Part shown: in pieces, positions 59,973 through 64,000 of the stretch
How positions within the stretch are numbered: the stretch's first letter is position 1
How the letters are laid out: the number at the start of each line of letters is the position of its first letter
Assembly (NCBI GenBank): GCA_010015585.1
Contig: ML975155.1
DNA: 64,000 bases
Reading direction: 5' to 3' (one strand)
Origin: Eremomyces bilateralis CBS 781.70
Lineage: Eukaryota
Position numbers and translations under genes: made by a program
Notes under the pieces: generated by a model
Seen by the model: the letters and a program-made list of their open reading frames with translations, nothing else
Told to the model about the DNA's origin: nothing
Databases searched by the model: none

Positions 59973-62199
59973 TTAGCTGTCGCCGCCAGTCGGCGCCGGA
60001 CTCGCGGCGGCGCTCCCTCCTTCTTTGTTGGCCGAGTTGCCTCCACGACCTCCCCGGCCACGTCCACGGCCTCGATCGCCGCGGCCTCGGAACGCGCCTC
60101 GTCCTCCACGTCCACCTTCGCTATCGCTGGCTCCTCCGCTACGATAGCCACTTCCGGAGGGTCCACGTCCGCCGTAACCGCGAGGGAATCCTCCCGACCG
60201 GAAGATCGAGAAGGCGGGTTTGCCGTCACCTCCAGATCGCTTGAATTCCTCGGGGATGCGATCAAGCGCTTCGGTGGTCTCCTCCACCGAGCTGAAATGC
60301 AGGACATGAGCGCCGCTCATACCGGCCTTGGTCATCTTGATGATCTTGGGACGGTCCACTTCGGAAACGATGTTGCGGACTTCCTCATCTTTTCCATTGC
60401 GGACGAACAGGGCGAAGATCTTGGGCAGCTCTCGGGGGGCCGACTCGGTCTTGCCCTGAGGCTCGTGTTCTCCTGAGGCGGTACCATTCAGTTTCGACTC
60501 CTCACCCTTCTCGGTCGCAGGTGGGGTTGCGGACGCTTGTCCGGGGGAAGCACCTTGCGCAATCTGTTGCGGGGTTGTCGGCTTCCCTTGATCTTTCGGA
60601 CCCGGGGATGGGCGGAGGGGCATTTGCTGGGCGCCAGGAGCCCGAGGTTGCGAAGGAGACGCTTGTTGCGGCCTGCCATGCTGGGCGGGGGGCGGACCTT
60701 GCTGGCCGCGCGGCTGTGACACCGGAACAACGGGCGCAGCAGCAGGAGCGGACTGGGCCGGGGCACCGTGTCCTCCTTTGCCACGATGAGAGAAGTTGAA
60801 GCCTTGTGCCCGCATTTCTGTGCCGATTCGTCCATCCTGGATGTCCAAGACAAGCCAGCCATAGGCAGCATCGGCGAGATTGAAGTTCCACATGTTCTTG
60901 AATGCGCTCTCGTCAACCTGGCCAGGCCCGGTTTGTCCACCGAAGGGGTTTCCGCCATTCGCAACGCTGGGCATCTTGCTGATGATTTCGATGGCGAGTT
61001 GCAGGAGCTGCTGCTGGGCATCGTTGTCTGAGATAGCGGGTTCAACCTCGGTTTTAACTGTCTCCCACACGTCATTAAAGGACGCTTTCGATGCAGCCAG
61101 CTTGCCACGATAGTGATCGAGGGTAGGGTTGACGCTGAATTCGTTGTACGAGCTGCCGTAACGGAAGTGAAGTCCCGCGGAAATGGAGAAGTCGGCCTTC
61201 AACGTCACAGCAAGCTGGTTTAAAAGACCTTCGCGTGCTGGAGACGCGTGCGTGATGAAGATGCGCGTCTCGGTCGGATCGTACACTCGGTTCGCCGTAT
61301 CCACAAGTTCTCCCATCTGCAATAGGGTTGTCCACATCGTCCCTTGGCCACCCGCAATTGTCGTTCGTCCTTCACCGTTGTCGAAGAGTTTGTGCATGAC
61401 AAGAGCGCCACCAAGACCCAGAAGGCGAAGCTTAACTCCGCCAATCTCTAGCAGCCTCGACATGCTCTCATCCACGACATGAAGGTTATGGACGTTGTAC
61501 TCTCCGGACCGAATCTTCTCCAAGACTTGCACATCTTCACATGCACCCCAGACTGTGTAGACCGGGACATTGAGAGTGTGGGTCTTGTTGAGGAACATGG
61601 GGAGCTCGGACAAGGGAAGTTGGTCTCGTGGAAATCGTTCTTTAAGGGGTTGTGAGGGGACCGATTGGCTGATTTGCTTTTTCATGTTCTCGCTCAACAA
61701 CGGTGAGTACTGCGCGACATGACGAAGGGTCCTAAGCAATGTTAGTGATGCCTTCAACCATCCGCAGACATGGAAACGCGAACTCACTTCTCGGCGATTC
61801 GATCAATGGAGTGGTCATCGTAGAAACCAAAATCACCGGTGTGAATGATGATATTGGCTCTAGCCTCTGCGGCCAGCTCGTTCAAAGAGCGCAGATTCCC
61901 TGACAAATATATATTAGATATGCATCGGGATATATGGAGCGGTTGAACACACCTCTCACGTCGGCAATGCATAGGATGCGCGTGCTGCCTTGATGAATGA
62001 TGCGACCTTGGTTGGGAAGTAGAGGAGTAGCTCCAGGCGTTGGTCCACTTGGGGCAGCGCCATTCGGAAGGTAGCCATGGCCGTAAGGGCGGCCTTGGTT
62101 TGCGGTTTGCTGTGTCGCAAACGGACGGTTAGTCAAGTCCCAATGATGATGGAAGGCCATAGGAACAAATCCTTGTGGAGGAGATCTTACCGAAGCCAT
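59973..62199 (-). CDS. DUF2433-like protein: degenerate calcineurin-like metallophosphoesterase fold + RRM-like domain + RGG tail, multi-exon
   Basis: RILCIADVRGNL, HTGDFGFYD, VWGACED, THASP, SAGLHFRYGSSYNEFSV and C-terminal GRGGRG repeats. Confidence 0.8.
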
Positions 62200-62824
62200 T
62201 TGAGTGCACGGAAGGAGATGATATCTGTCAAACTTGATCGAAAAGTGTGGTTGGGAATTTCGGAGTGGGACCGGGGAATGCGGAGATTTTGAGCTGATAT
62301 GGCTGGTGTGTGGAATCACGAGAAGTGATAGCGAACCACGTGGGGGATTTGGGATAGTGAGGACTGATGAGAGGGTATCGTAAACAACAAGAAGCGAGAA
62401 GTGAATTAATGGCGATGGGATGAGGGGGAATCGCGGTGTAAACGGATGGGAACAAGTCAAAAATGAAGAGCTTCTCTACGGTGAAAGAGTCGGACGTGAA
62501 GTTGGGGATGCAAACTGGAGCAGCAGCCACCAAGGATGGCTCTTTCCCTTACAGGGGATGTGGCTTGGCATGTTCTGTGGCGTTAATATTGTGGCACAGT
62601 AAAATGGAATTCAATCAAGGAAGGAATTGAGGAAGTGAATATATATATGCCTTGTGGCCTCAGGTACCTAATTTTATGTTGGTGGTGGCCTGGTGGGGCA
62701 TCCCCAGCAATAATTTCGCGTTGCCAGGCATTAGAAAAACTGCTCTGTCCGCACCAGCATTTGTATTTTTCTTTTTCTTCCCACTTTCGCTTCCACCTGT
62801 CTCTCTTCTTCAATTCTTCGAGAC

Positions 62825-64000
62825 ATGGACGAACAGGAATTTGTTCGGCTCCTTGAGAGTCTCCTTCTACGTACGTCTTTCCTTCAGATCTCAAGTATCA
62901 TCATCTCGCTAACGTTTTCGGCTCATAGCGGACACGGAGAAGGTGAAGTCGGCCACCAAGGCCTTGAACAAAAATTACTATACCCATCCACAATCCGTTT
63001 TAGCGTTGCTTCACCTTCTTATATCCCATCCCAAAACAGAGGTGCGGCAACTGGCTGCCGTCGAGGCCCGTAAACTCGTCCCAAGGCACTGGTCGAAGAT
63101 CCCACAAGACCAGAAGCCGGAGATTCGGAACCAACTGTTGGCGAAGACATTGAATGAGGAAGCTAGGCTGGTCCGACATGCTTCGGCCCGTGTCGTCTGT
63201 GGCATCTACAAGCAAGACTATGAGACATGGACCGAGCTTCCAGGCCTTCTCCAGGCCGCTGCAGTGGAAAACGATGTCCGACACCGCGAAGTAGGCGTGT
63301 ATATCACGTACCTCCTGCTCGACGCAATGGGTGACATGTTCTCCGAGAACTTGGGCGGTGTGTTCGACTTGTTGCGCAAAACCATTCAAGATCCGGAGAG
63401 CATCGAAGTCCGTGTCAATACCATGCTGGCGCTGAGCCGTATTTCCATGTTGATTGACGCGGAGGAGGATGAAAAATCCGTGAAGGATTTCCAAAGCTGT
63501 GTGCCGGGGATGATGATCGCTTTGAAGGATGCTGTCCTTGCCCAAGCAGACCATGCTGCCCAAGCGTTCGAGGTGTTTCACACTTTCATCGCTGCCGATG
63601 GGGCGTTGCTCGACGCACACTTCAAGGACATTGTCAAGTTCATGATGGATCTTGCCTCTCAGCCCGACATGGATGAGGACTCCCGCTCACAAGCTCTGGG
63701 TTTCTTGATGCAAGCCGCACGATACAAGCGACTCAAGATCCAATCCCTCCGGATTGGAGAAGAGCTCACCCTCCGGTCTTTGCAGATCGTCAAAGAGCTC
63801 AACGACCTCGCTAGCGATGATGAAGACCTCTCACCTGCCCGTATGGCGCTCAGCCTCATCGACTACCTTGCCTCAAGTCTACCGCCCAGCCAGGTCGTCG
63901 TCCCGTTGTTGAGAGCTATTGGGCCCTATGTCACTTCGCAAGACCCTGGTGAGCGTCGTGCTGGGCTTATTGCCCTGGGTCAGTGCGTGGAAGGTGCACC
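62825..64000 (+). CDS. KAP123: importin beta-4 (karyopherin Kap123), 5' part, runs off window; intron 62870-62928
   Basis: MDEQEFVRLLESLLLPDTEKVKSATKAL..., VRQLAAVEARKLV, WTELPGLL and HEAT-repeat pattern LPPSQVVVPLL. Confidence 0.88.

Noticed and set aside
63000..63620. 206-aa minus-strand ORF
   Set aside because: Antisense shadow of the KAP123 exon.

Overview
Eukaryotic DNA from a filamentous ascomycete (Pezizomycotina-type short GT-AG introns with CTRAC/CTAAY branch points). No CRISPR, rRNA or prokaryotic features were seen. About 20 protein-coding genes are supported, mostly housekeeping: PLC-like phosphodiesterase, TcuA/CobZ-like flavoprotein, Crp1/Mdg1-like CBM48 protein, alpha/beta hydrolase, phospholipase D, neutral ceramidase, SPF27/BCAS2, PHO89, DUG2, GPI protein, NPC1/NCR1, DUF2433 protein and a partial KAP123. 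Two Pol III genes lie on the minus strand: a U6 snRNA (~5080-5184) and an intron-containing initiator-type tRNA-Met with atypical D and T loops (53933-54027). Roughly 32.5-45 kb behaves like an accessory island. It holds a membrane protein, a membrane-anchored SAM methyltransferase and a COG2907-like FAD oxidoreductase, my best candidate for an undescribed lipid-modification system. It also holds three different MITEs, a broken Tc1 (DD34E) transposon, a 9-bp coding minisatellite relic, a 7-repeat beta-propeller lectin whose ATG is split by an intron, and a P450 with an atypical heme motif. All family calls come from reading motifs by eye; no database search was run.
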